A DNA stretch of 64,000 nt from an uncultured Thermoplasmatales archaeon (GTDB lineage Archaea > Thermoplasmatota > Thermoplasmata > Thermoplasmatales > GCA-001856825), in assembly GCA_964468585.1 (NCBI GenBank), contig CAYXTM010000007.1, forward strand, positions 3,346 to 67,345. Direction: 5' to 3'. A program made the position numbers and the translations under genes. The first letter of the stretch is position 1; every line of letters starts with the position of its first letter. Under the pieces are notes generated by a model. It had not been told where the DNA came from and did no database searches. It was given only the letters and a program-made list of their open reading frames with translations. Positions 18,745 to 30,668 of the stretch are shown one piece after another.

Positions 18745-19470
18745 ATGGATTCGGGTATCGATAACAATAGACGTAATTTTTTAAAAGGACTTGCTTTGCT
18801 TTCAACTCTCGCCATTGCTGGTATGGGTCTTGATGCGGCATTTAGGGTTTTGTCCCCTCCCCCTTTAGGAATTTCTTCGTTCCCAACTCTTTTGTTAGTT
18901 GATTCAAATGGTAACCCCATCAAAGCATCCGACCTGCCAATAAATAGCCCAAGCGTTCTGCAATTCAATTATCCTTTGCAAAATACTCCTAACTTTCTTC
19001 TGAATATTGGTGATTCGAGCGGTAAGCCCATAGCAATACAGGCAACCGAGGTTACAATACCTGCTACAGGTCAAAAATATACTTCATTCCCAGGAGTGGG
19101 GCCTAATGGCAGCATAGTGGCATATAGTGCCATCTGCCAGCATTTGGGATGTATATTCCCCGAATTAAGATTTTATCCTGCGGGAGTGGAAAGTGTTGAT
19201 GTTCAAGGAAAAACATTCAGTGGAGTGATACACTGCCTATGCCATGGGAGTACATATGATCCTGTCAATGGGGCGGCTGTTCTGACGGGTCCTACAACAC
19301 ATCCCCTCCCCCAGGTGAAACTTATCTGGCATTCGTCAACTGATGAATTGTATGCCAGTCTTATGGTTGGGCCAACCATATATGGGAGACAGTCTGACCT
19401 GATTGGTGAAACTCCAATATCCGGAAATACCACCGAGGTAGTAAATGTGGGTAATCCCTTTGTTGGATAA
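18745..19470 (+). CDS. Rieske 2Fe-2S protein (SoxL/SoxF-like), Tat-exported
   Basis: Tat motif RRNFLK; Rieske boxes CQHLGC and CLCHGSTYD; GPT..PLP. Confidence 0.95.
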   Translation: MDSGIDNNRRNFLKGLALLSTLAIAGMGLDAAFRVLSPPPLGISSFPTLLLVDSNGNPIKASDLPINSPSVLQFNYPLQNTPNFLLNIGDSSGKPIAIQATEVTIPATGQKYTSFPGVGPNGSIVAYSAICQHLGCIFPELRFYPAGVESVDVQGKTFSGVIHCLCHGSTYDPVNGAAVLTGPTTHPLPQVKLIWHSSTDELYASLMVGPTIYGRQSDLIGETPISGNTTEVVNVGNPFVG

Positions 19471-19479
19471 GGTGATAAA

Positions 19480-21090
19480 ATGAAACTTAACCTAAATGAG
19501 TGGATTAAAGAAAGACTTCATTTTGAGGATTTACCTCTGAAACCAAGCCCTGATTACATGAGGAAGTGGGGAGGGAAATGGTATTGGACAGGAGGCCTAA
19601 TAACAATAGCATTTTTATACGAGGTCATAACAGGTCTTATTCTACTTCTATATTATAATCCTGCTGATCCTTATGGTTCTACACAATACGTATTGAACCA
19701 ATTACCATTGGGCTCCCTTCTTCTTTCCACCCACCTTTATGGTGCGTACGCCATGATAGTCCTAGTTTATGTACATATGTTTAGAAACTACTTTGTGGGT
19801 GCTTACAAAAAGCCAAGGGAGTTGCAATGGATTACTGGTGTAATCCTACTGGCTCTAACTCTTGGAGTTGGTTATTTCGGATATTCTCTTACCGGGGACG
19901 TGCTATCATACGATGCTCAGGATGTAGGTCGTGGTATAGCGGGCTCTATACCCTACATAGGGCAAGCTCTTGTAAACATTGGCTTTGGAAACGGAACCCC
20001 AACAAGCCTTTTTTCAAGGTTTTTAGGATGGCACATTATATTCGCAGGGCTTATATTCCTGCTATTTGGATTACACTTCTTCATGGCAGAATCCAATGGA
20101 ATGATGCCAAGACCGAAGGATACAAATTTCAAAGCCCCAGCCGTAATAACGGATTATTCCAGCGCAAAACCATGGTATCCATACAATTTCCTCTATATGA
20201 TTGAGCTTGGGCTGTTCACGTTGGGATTCATAATATTTATTCCAAGCTTCCTTGGATCAATTCCAAACATACCAATTCTACTATCCCCATTCCCTGGCCC
20301 AGCACCAACAAATATTCTAGCTGCTACAATACCCCCATATCCCCCATGGTTCCTGTTATTCATATATAAGGTGGTGGATTTCAGTGTATTTGCCTATTCT
20401 CCAATCGGTGCTTTGGAAGCCTCCATAATATTTGGGTTGATACCTCTCATATATCTTCTTCTCCTACCATTCCTTGACAGATCAGAATCTACCCACCCAC
20501 TTGATAGGCCATTCTTTACATCTGTTGGGATTCTTAGCATTGTTTATCTAATTGTTTTAAGTATATGGGGCGCATTTACACCCGGAATCATTATAAGTAC
20601 ACCAGATGTTGCAGTTGTTTTATTACCACCGGCCATCATAGTCTTTGGGAGTATATACCTGATTTCCAGGATGTGGAAGAAGGGAAAGTGGGTTGCCAGT
20701 GAAAGGACAATGCCTCTTTCTATCGTTATTTATGCTTTACTAGCAACTCTCGTGGTCTATATAGCATCAAAAAGTATCTCTGCAATGTTACTCCATGCGA
20801 GTGGCAGTAATGCGTTACTTACTGGATTATCCATTTTAGCCTCTCCAGTTGCCATAATGGGCCTAAGTCAATCAGTGGACAAGGCAAGGGATGCTAAGAT
20901 GAAAGGGTGGGGATTAGGTCCCATTTTAACAATGCTCATTTTGACGCTTATAGTTTGGGCAATAGCTTTCTATGCTTTCATGCTCAACCCTATTACAAAA
21001 GCACAATTATTTGGAATGTTGCTGGGAACAGCCTTCATTTTGACTGGGGCTATAATAGCAGTGTATAGAAGATACGCATATGGAGAATAA
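19480..21090 (+). CDS. cytochrome b of an archaeal Rieske/cytochrome b complex (SoxC/SoxN-like)
   Basis: Heme His pairs in THLYG...VHMFR and WHII...LHFF, KPRELQW, Qo-site variant PPWF, PFLDRS, extra C-terminal TM helices. SD GGTGA upstream. Confidence 0.93.
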   Translation: MKLNLNEWIKERLHFEDLPLKPSPDYMRKWGGKWYWTGGLITIAFLYEVITGLILLLYYNPADPYGSTQYVLNQLPLGSLLLSTHLYGAYAMIVLVYVHMFRNYFVGAYKKPRELQWITGVILLALTLGVGYFGYSLTGDVLSYDAQDVGRGIAGSIPYIGQALVNIGFGNGTPTSLFSRFLGWHIIFAGLIFLLFGLHFFMAESNGMMPRPKDTNFKAPAVITDYSSAKPWYPYNFLYMIELGLFTLGFIIFIPSFLGSIPNIPILLSPFPGPAPTNILAATIPPYPPWFLLFIYKVVDFSVFAYSPIGALEASIIFGLIPLIYLLLLPFLDRSESTHPLDRPFFTSVGILSIVYLIVLSIWGAFTPGIIISTPDVAVVLLPPAIIVFGSIYLISRMWKKGKWVASERTMPLSIVIYALLATLVVYIASKSISAMLLHASGSNALLTGLSILASPVAIMGLSQSVDKARDAKMKGWGLGPILTMLILTLIVWAIAFYAFMLNPITKAQLFGMLLGTAFILTGAIIAVYRRYAYGE

Positions 21091-21115
21091 ATAAATTATT
21101 TTTTATAAATTTTTA

Positions 21116-22801
21116 TTAAGCATGTGCCAACTGGCTAACTGAAGTGAATTCCTTTCTTGTTTCTAAACCATATCTCTTAACCTTTTCTATGTTAACACCT
21201 TTCTTCTTTGCGATTCCCTCAACAACTTTCATCATCAGGTAGCCGCCCATGGAAATTATTGAACCTGTTCCAGCCCTTACAAAGAAGTTACCGGCTCCCT
21301 CATCATATCCTCTCCTTGAGGCCATCCTAGCTAGGTGCCTATAGGATGCATAGTAAACGGCCAGCTGGGCTTCGGATAGAAGATCCATTGATAATTTCTT
21401 GGATGTTATTCTGCCCATTGGGACATTCTGAAGTGGAGTGACTGTGAACTCGAAATCCCTACCGTCCTCAAGTTTTGAATAAGAAAGTCTGTTCACTAAC
21501 GCTACAGTATCCCAGAGGTCTTCATCTGTTTCATCAGGCTGTCCTACTTGAAGAGTGAATGCACTTCTCCAGTAATATTTTGTTTCGTTGTAAACCCCCT
21601 GCCAGACAATTTCTTCCCATGATCCATCAACACCAATCTTAAGTGGCATTGTTTTATTGGGCATATGCTTCTTCGCCAAAATCTCGGAACCTGTCTCTAG
21701 GCCGGTCTGTATACCAATCCAGTTATCAGGACCGGCCCTCATTATCTTTGACAGCTTCTCTAGCAGTTCAGGATAAGCCGAGGGTATCGATATCCTACCA
21801 TGCGTGGGATTAGTCCCAGTTACTCCTGGGGTATCCATGATATTCTTGAACAACCCAACCAGTTCATCTTCATTGGGCCTGAAAAAGTTATCATGTTTAT
21901 ACCCCCATATATCATCTGAATGTACCCATACGTGTGTAACCCCACCTTTCTTAAGATTAACTTCAATTTCTTTATTTATCATTTCCTCTGTATAGTATCT
22001 AAGGGGCCTCAGCGTGACTTCACAGAAATCACAACCTATCCCACAACCTCTCATAACTTCAATCATTCCTTTAACGCTTGGGTTAACTATTGTGGGGATT
22101 TCTTCAAGTTTTGGGTAAAGCTTTCCCGTCAGAGCCCTTGAAATAATTTTATCATCATTTTTATACATTCTTCTAAATTTATCATCATAATACATATACC
22201 CATTGAAAAATTGGTTTTTGTCTATACTGCCCTCTGAAACCTGCCTGAACAGGTCCGCAACTATGTCATCTGACTCCCCCATGAATGCGTAATCTATGTT
22301 TTCCCTGTCCAGTTCATCCCTCATCTGAGTGAACTCGAGCACACCTGGGCCTCCAACCAGAAGTTTCGCCTTTTTTCCCTTCCTCGCCAGGTTTATTCTC
22401 TTTATAAGATCTTCCCATTCTTTCCTTACCCATGCATACGGCTCCCCTCCAAAGAGCACATAATAAGAAAGAGTTGTTGGCCCAAGTCCAAGTGGATCCA
22501 TCGTGCTTACGCCGATTACTTCAGTATCATCTTTAATGGCACTCTCAATAAAATCGGGGTGTGAAACGTAGACAGTATCCTTTGATTCACTTTTAAGTAG
22601 CCCAGCCTCAACCTTCCTTAGAGCATATGGTGCATAAAGCAATTCTCCATTTGGTAATGGAGGATATGCCGGTCCTTTAAGAAAGTTATAGATTGAACCT
22701 GGTATTTTATCGACAGGTGCACAAGGGAGAAAGTCAAGCAGCGGAAATTCCCTATATCCATGAATTAATGTCGTGTCAGAAATTAGTACATACTTAGCCA
22801 T
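21116..22801 (-). CDS. B12-binding radical SAM enzyme, probably GDGT ring synthase (Grs) family
   Basis: RGCGIGCDFC (CxxxCxxC); N-terminal cobalamin-binding-like region with APYALRKVEA and MDPLGLGP; GLETGS. The Grs assignment is recalled family resemblance only. Confidence 0.7.
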   Translation of the reverse strand: MAKYVLISDTTLIHGYREFPLLDFLPCAPVDKIPGSIYNFLKGPAYPPLPNGELLYAPYALRKVEAGLLKSESKDTVYVSHPDFIESAIKDDTEVIGVSTMDPLGLGPTTLSYYVLFGGEPYAWVRKEWEDLIKRINLARKGKKAKLLVGGPGVLEFTQMRDELDRENIDYAFMGESDDIVADLFRQVSEGSIDKNQFFNGYMYYDDKFRRMYKNDDKIISRALTGKLYPKLEEIPTIVNPSVKGMIEVMRGCGIGCDFCEVTLRPLRYYTEEMINKEIEVNLKKGGVTHVWVHSDDIWGYKHDNFFRPNEDELVGLFKNIMDTPGVTGTNPTHGRISIPSAYPELLEKLSKIMRAGPDNWIGIQTGLETGSEILAKKHMPNKTMPLKIGVDGSWEEIVWQGVYNETKYYWRSAFTLQVGQPDETDEDLWDTVALVNRLSYSKLEDGRDFEFTVTPLQNVPMGRITSKKLSMDLLSEAQLAVYYASYRHLARMASRRGYDEGAGNFFVRAGTGSIISMGGYLMMKVVEGIAKKKGVNIEKVKRYGLETRKEFTSVSQLAHA

Positions 22802-22891
22802 GCAATCACCTTTGATTAAGAATGAGATATAACTTTAGATTTAAAAGGTTTTTGCAATTTTTCTTGAAAATTTCAAGGTTAGACATGATTT

Positions 22892-23899
22892 TTAATTTGG
22901 TTCCATTATTATTATAAAATCATATGTATTTATATCTTCTTTCTTCGGTCTGATTTTTATCTGGTCCCCCTTTCTCATTGCTATTATGACGGAACCATCT
23001 TTTTCGAATTCTTCATATATTTCTCCTATTTTTCTTTCTTTAAGTTCATCAGGTATTATCTTTTCTCTTATTCTGTATCCATCGTCAGATCTAAGGAGTT
23101 CGTAGAATACCTTAGCAATCCCTGGAGAGATAGCAGAATTTACGACTAGTAGGGTACTCATGCTTCCCTTTATTATCACTTCATTTATCCCGACGTTTTT
23201 CGCATGCACTGCATTTTCCTGATTGAGAAGCATGGCTATTATGTATGCATCTCTTTTCTCATTCCTTACCACCATGGAGTTAAGAATGGTTCTGGCATCT
23301 ATATCATTGGGCTCTCCAGAATTGCTATGTGGAAGGACTATAACTGAATTGGACCTATCAAGTCCAGCACGCTTTAGTGTTTCAGGGTTCATCGGATCTC
23401 CACTTATAAATTCATAAGCCACATCTTTATACTTAGGATCACTCTCAGCAATTAATGCCACTTCAAGGTTGTTATCATTCAGTTCTTTAATTATGTAGGA
23501 AAGATTTTCACCCGCATTTATTATAATCACATGATCTTTCATCTTTAACTTCGCCTCCCCAAGCTTCCTGGCTAACTTGGCATCCATTAGATTTGCTGCC
23601 AAGCTTGCCGTAAAATAACCAAGGCTCCCTATTCCAAAAATCATAATAAAAATGGCATTGATCCTCCCATAAAGTCCTACAACTGGAGTATCGCCATAGC
23701 CAACTGTTGTGACTGTTTGCATAACCCACCAGAAAGAATCAAATAGACTCTTTATTCCGGACCCAGATAAATTGTATTCAAGGTAGTACTCTGAAATAGT
23801 CCCATAAATAACTACCGATATGGCTATTATGGCAGACCTCATTAATGAATCTTTAAGGACTGTCCTCATTTTTCTGAATATTATTAGGAAGGGTATCAA
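22892..23899 (-). CDS. 2-TM potassium channel with an RCK/TrkA domain (MthK-like)
   Basis: Selectivity filter TTVGYGD, then a Rossmann-like RCK domain (GDP...LKRAG). Confidence 0.92.
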   Translation of the reverse strand: MIPFLIIFRKMRTVLKDSLMRSAIIAISVVIYGTISEYYLEYNLSGSGIKSLFDSFWWVMQTVTTVGYGDTPVVGLYGRINAIFIMIFGIGSLGYFTASLAANLMDAKLARKLGEAKLKMKDHVIIINAGENLSYIIKELNDNNLEVALIAESDPKYKDVAYEFISGDPMNPETLKRAGLDRSNSVIVLPHSNSGEPNDIDARTILNSMVVRNEKRDAYIIAMLLNQENAVHAKNVGINEVIIKGSMSTLLVVNSAISPGIAKVFYELLRSDDGYRIREKIIPDELKERKIGEIYEEFEKDGSVIIAMRKGDQIKIRPKKEDINTYDFIIIMEPN

Positions 23900-24101
23900 G
23901 TTGAATTGTTATTAAATACCATTATATAAAATAAATGAACACGATCTTCTAATTTTTTGGATCTTGTCTAAGATGGAAAAAATATAATAAAGGTTGATTC
24001 TGAAATATTAAGTTTTAAGTTGGAAATCGAAAAAATCAAGGAAAACTTAACAAAAATTTTTTTATTTAGCTGCCGATGCCCCATATTAAGTGAGGTTATA
24101 A

Positions 24102-26530
<2,429 letters not shown>

Positions 26531-26615
26531 GTTTTCTGTTGTGATAAGCATAAAATTTTATTTTTAATCTTAATAAAATACTCTCTTTTAATTCATTTGT
26601 TCAAATTTCAATTTA

Positions 26616-27269
26616 TTACAATTCCTTTATTGCATCTTCCATGAGATCATAGAGTGATACGGATAGCCTGTTTGATAATCTGGTGGCTGGACCAGCATAA
26701 GTTATCTCAGGGAAATCTGAGCCAGAAACTATGGCCAAAACATCTGTAAAGGTTCCTGTTGCAGGGAGACCTGATTTGGTACTTTTAACACCATGAGAAT
26801 ATAAGAAATAAGATTTCAATTCAACAAGTGATTTAAATAAGTCTATGGCTGCAATCTGAGTAATCTTGTTCTTTAAAACAATAATGGTGTTGATTGTTCC
26901 AAAACCGGGATATCCAAGATCATCCAATGGATTAGAGGCGTTGTCGATACCCATTGAAAGATATACGCAGCCATATTCGTTTTGAGTAAAGTGGAATTTA
27001 TCAGGCATGACTGCAGTCATCAGAGCAACGGTATTCCTAGGAAGTTCCTTTCGATTTAGCAGGGAATCCATATATTTATATGGTTCCCCCCCACAATCCT
27101 TCTTCCCGTTTAATGAATGATTTATAATGGAAGATGAAAATGTTAGTCCTCCATTGTAAAATGCATTACTTATAATCATTCTCCTATTGAAATTGATGAT
27201 CAATGTATCTTCATCCATGGTCGAGAAATGGTCTGGAAAATCAATTCTGCTTCCGACCTTAAATTTCAT
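26616..27269 (-). CDS. cbiZ: adenosylcobinamide amidohydrolase
   Basis: SNA..NGG, ALMTAV, GTINT, ATGTFTD, YAGPAT. Confidence 0.82.
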   Translation of the reverse strand: MKFKVGSRIDFPDHFSTMDEDTLIINFNRRMIISNAFYNGGLTFSSSIINHSLNGKKDCGGEPYKYMDSLLNRKELPRNTVALMTAVMPDKFHFTQNEYGCVYLSMGIDNASNPLDDLGYPGFGTINTIIVLKNKITQIAAIDLFKSLVELKSYFLYSHGVKSTKSGLPATGTFTDVLAIVSGSDFPEITYAGPATRLSNRLSVSLYDLMEDAIKEL

Positions 27270-28135
27270 CCTTTTATACCTCCTATATTCGAAATTGCAA
27301 TACCAACGATTATCAGTGTTCCCCCAAGTAATATTGAAGCGGTATATGTTTCGTGGATCATGAACAGTGCTGAAAAAACAGTAATGAAGGGTGTTATGTA
27401 TAATGTTGCTCCTGCAACTGATGGCCTCACGTACTTCAAGCCATCAAACCATAGAAAATATCCTAAAAATGTGGCCATTAGCCCCAAGAATATTATAGAC
27501 AATATGTCAGTCATACCAGAAGTAAATAAAGAATGAATTGATTCAATACCAGCTAGGGGAAAAAGCATTAATGTGCCGAAGACTGAGGATATGGCAGTTA
27601 CTTGGAAGGAATTGTGCCTTCTGAGAATCCCTTTTCCTGCAATAGTGTAAACACCCCATGAAACCGCAGCAAAAATTATCAGAAGTATAAAAAGGCCTTT
27701 ATTATACCCAACATCCGAGGGCTGTATGAGAATCAATAATCCCACGGTAGAAATTATGATACCTAGGACCGGATAAAGTCGTAATTTCTCATCTCTCAGA
27801 ACGAGCGAGAGAATGTAAATAAAAATGGGTTCTGTAGAAACTATGAAGCTTGCAGCTCCAGCTGAAATTCCGCTTTCGCCATATATGAACAATGTTTGAT
27901 AGAGGAAAACACCGGTTGCCCCAAGTACTATAAGAACCAAAATATCCCTTTTAGTGTATTTTTCCCTATTGATGAAGATAAATGGCACGAACAAGATAGA
28001 GGCAATTAAGAATCTTAGAAATGCCACTTGAAAAGGATTGAGAAAATTTAATGCAATTTTCAATACAGTATAAGTTATTCCCCAAATTATGGAGGTCAAA
28101 ATCAGTTCTATCAAGCCAAGAAGGCTCCTGTTCAT
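27266..28135 (-). CDS. DMT/EamA family transporter
   Basis: 10 TM in two repeats: IIWG, RF, P....LS...E, W..YT..GK. Confidence 0.9.
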   Translation of the reverse strand: MNRSLLGLIELILTSIIWGITYTVLKIALNFLNPFQVAFLRFLIASILFVPFIFINREKYTKRDILVLIVLGATGVFLYQTLFIYGESGISAGAASFIVSTEPIFIYILSLVLRDEKLRLYPVLGIIISTVGLLILIQPSDVGYNKGLFILLIIFAAVSWGVYTIAGKGILRRHNSFQVTAISSVFGTLMLFPLAGIESIHSLFTSGMTDILSIIFLGLMATFLGYFLWFDGLKYVRPSVAGATLYITPFITVFSALFMIHETYTASILLGGTLIIVGIAISNIGGIKG

Positions 28136-28240
28136 TCAAGGTAAATGAATTCAGAAATAAAAAACTAAGCGATACTTTCATTTCATCACGAACATCTATT
28201 AGTCCCCCTCGAAATTAAAGTTATAGAGGAATAAAACCAC

Positions 28241-28262
28241 AATATAGAGAAATCTCTATATT
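28241..28262. promoter_or_regulatory. perfect 10-bp inverted repeat, candidate operator upstream of moaB
   Basis: AATATAGAGA-AA-TCTCTATATT, ending 27 nt before the moaB ATG in a divergent intergenic region. Confidence 0.55.
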
Positions 28263-28289
28263 CTTATTCCGATTCATATTGATAAAATT

Positions 28290-28778
28290 ATGCCAGATAA
28301 GATTCATGACCATAATTTTGGCAAACAAAGGAAGATGAAGATCCATATAATCGTAGTTTCTTCCTCAAGAACACTGGATGATGACGAGTCAGGAAAGTCA
28401 CTTATGGAACACTTCAAAAATCATCACGTTAGCATTTCACTCTGCAGAGAAACTTATTCGGAGATTTTCAAGTCAATTGCATGCAGTCTTGACAATGATG
28501 TCATCATAACAACCGGGGGAACTGGTCCATCTCCCAGAGACGTTACAGTTCAGACCCTTACAAAAATTTCAGAAAAAGAGTTGAGAGGATTTGGAGAACT
28601 TTTTCGAATGAAATCTTCCAAGGATATTTCATTTTTTTCGAATGCATCACTCTTCATCATAGGGAATACGCAAATCTATTGTTTACCAGGTTCAGTGGAT
28701 TCAGTTAAAATCGGAGCAGAAATAATAGATAAGTTCATGTATCACGTATTTCACGAATTGCATAAGGAGAAGATCTAA
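28290..28778 (+). CDS. moaB: molybdopterin adenylyltransferase, MoaB/Mog family
   Basis: D.SG, TTGGTGPSPRDVT, GFGELFR, LPGS. Confidence 0.88.
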   Translation: MPDKIHDHNFGKQRKMKIHIIVVSSSRTLDDDESGKSLMEHFKNHHVSISLCRETYSEIFKSIACSLDNDVIITTGGTGPSPRDVTVQTLTKISEKELRGFGELFRMKSSKDISFFSNASLFIIGNTQIYCLPGSVDSVKIGAEIIDKFMYHVFHELHKEKI

Positions 28779-30667
28779 ATGATGATCGTACCAATATCCT
28801 CTGGTATATAATAGCCTCTCGGAGGTGTAGAATTCCTCAAAGATTTGAGATTCTCTAAGAATCTTTTCCCCACATCAGAATTCATGAAAGTTTTTGAAAT
28901 GAGAATGTCATATTTTTCTCTTTTAATTTCATGAAATTCTAAACCAAGAAGGTCTGCGTAATATTTTATTGTAACCCCCATATCAGCTCTCCCTTGTTTA
29001 ACTGATCTTGCCACAGCTGCATGGCTCTTGGCTTCCCATTTATAGTTATTAATGCTGTCCTTAGGAAAATCTTTGCCCAATTCTTGTTCAATTAGCTCAT
29101 CTATAATTGATCTGGTTCCTGAACCTCTGTTTCTGTTGACAAAGATACCTCCCTTAGTTAAGAGGTCTCTGAAAGACCTAAATCCTTTGGTTGAAACAAT
29201 TCCCTGAATTCTTTCGAATCCTGAAACCAGATTGCATTTGCTCTTGAGTTCTTCGTCCATTACAAATTTATTATAGACCCCATTATTATAAAGGTGTAAC
29301 CCTGATACATCTGCTAGACCATTTCTCATGGCCTCTACTCCACCCATTGAGCCCGCATTTATTATGCTGAATCTAGATGTAGTTCTAGATATAACTTCCT
29401 CAAGTAGCGGATCATTGCTCCCAATACTGATAATTTCTCTATTCTCCTTAAACAAGGGGTAGAAATCAACTTCATCACCCTTTTCATAGAAGCTTCTGTC
29501 TCCTGATAGCATTATGAATCCATCCGCCTGTGATATTCTACTAATGCTTCCAGATTCACCAAAAATTGGCAGTAGCTCACCGCTCCTGCTGAGAACTGCA
29601 GGAAGGATATTCATTTTACCTCTTTCCGGGGCAACTTTCATGCCAACCTTACCTTTTTCCGTATGGAAATACTCAAGTCCAAACGCCCTATAAATGGAGG
29701 GAAGAATAACTGAATAAATCACAGAAGCTGAAGAGAGAGGGAAGCCAGGTAACCCTATGACAAGACCTTGGTTCAATTTATAAAGGAATGAAGGTTTGCC
29801 GGGCTTGATCGATATTCCATGATATAAAGGTGTGCCACCCAGGTTATCTAGAACTTGATACAGAAGATCTCTGAAACCTGCAGATGTAGAACCTGAGGTA
29901 ACTAAAATAGGATATTTTTTGTTAAACTTTGAAATATTGGAATTAACCTCCTCGAAGTCATCTCTTAAAATCCCCAGATATTCCGGTTCAATAAAATTCA
30001 GAGATTTCAAAACAGAATAAACATAGGGGCCATTTACATCATAGATTTCACCGAACCTGAGTTCATTTCCTGGCTGTAGAATCTCATTTCCTGTGGAAAT
30101 AATGCCCACATTTATCCTTGAAAATACCCTCACTTTATTGAATCCTGATGCAGAAAGTAGTGCTATCTTTTCAGGCGTTATGATCTCATTCTCCCTGAGT
30201 ACTAATTCATTCACTGTAAAGTCACTGCCTGCATGAGCAATATTTTCTCCTGAATACGCTGACCTGAAGAATGAAATTCTATCACCTATTCTTTTGGTAT
30301 ACTCTACCATTACCACAGCATCTGAACCCCTGGGAACAGGGGCGCCGGTCGCAATATAGAGGCAGGAATTGCTATCACTAAGATCCTTAACTTCGTGTGA
30401 ACCAACTTCAATCTCTCCTTTCAATTGAAGCTCTACTGGATTCTCGTCATCAGCAGATATAATACTCTCATGTCTAACTGCGTACCCATCTACTTCAGAT
30501 CTATCAAAAGGCGGATTATCTATATTTGAATAAAGGTTTGCCGCAGAAATCCTTCCCAAGGCTGAAAATATGTCTATCTCCTCAGTTTTTCTAATTTCAG
30601 AAATAGATTTTGATAAAATTTCTATGGCTTCCTTGTAATCTACTAACCTATGGAAAATTTTGGGCAT
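28775..30667 (-). CDS. moeA: molybdopterin metal insertase MoeA with a C-terminal PBP/LysR-type domain
   Basis: PPFDRSEVDGYAV, IATG, STGNE, KPGKP, LPGFP; C-terminal GSMGG, NRNRGSGTR, SHAAVA. Confidence 0.92.
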   Translation of the reverse strand: MPKIFHRLVDYKEAIEILSKSISEIRKTEEIDIFSALGRISAANLYSNIDNPPFDRSEVDGYAVRHESIISADDENPVELQLKGEIEVGSHEVKDLSDSNSCLYIATGAPVPRGSDAVVMVEYTKRIGDRISFFRSAYSGENIAHAGSDFTVNELVLRENEIITPEKIALLSASGFNKVRVFSRINVGIISTGNEILQPGNELRFGEIYDVNGPYVYSVLKSLNFIEPEYLGILRDDFEEVNSNISKFNKKYPILVTSGSTSAGFRDLLYQVLDNLGGTPLYHGISIKPGKPSFLYKLNQGLVIGLPGFPLSSASVIYSVILPSIYRAFGLEYFHTEKGKVGMKVAPERGKMNILPAVLSRSGELLPIFGESGSISRISQADGFIMLSGDRSFYEKGDEVDFYPLFKENREIISIGSNDPLLEEVISRTTSRFSIINAGSMGGVEAMRNGLADVSGLHLYNNGVYNKFVMDEELKSKCNLVSGFERIQGIVSTKGFRSFRDLLTKGGIFVNRNRGSGTRSIIDELIEQELGKDFPKDSINNYKWEAKSHAAVARSVKQGRADMGVTIKYYADLLGLEFHEIKREKYDILISKTFMNSDVGKRFLENLKSLRNSTPPRGYYIPEDIGTIII

Positions 30668-30668
30668 A

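Noticed and set aside
23900-24101. SAM or other riboswitch upstream of metY
   Set aside because: A/T-rich, with no recognisable conserved helices.
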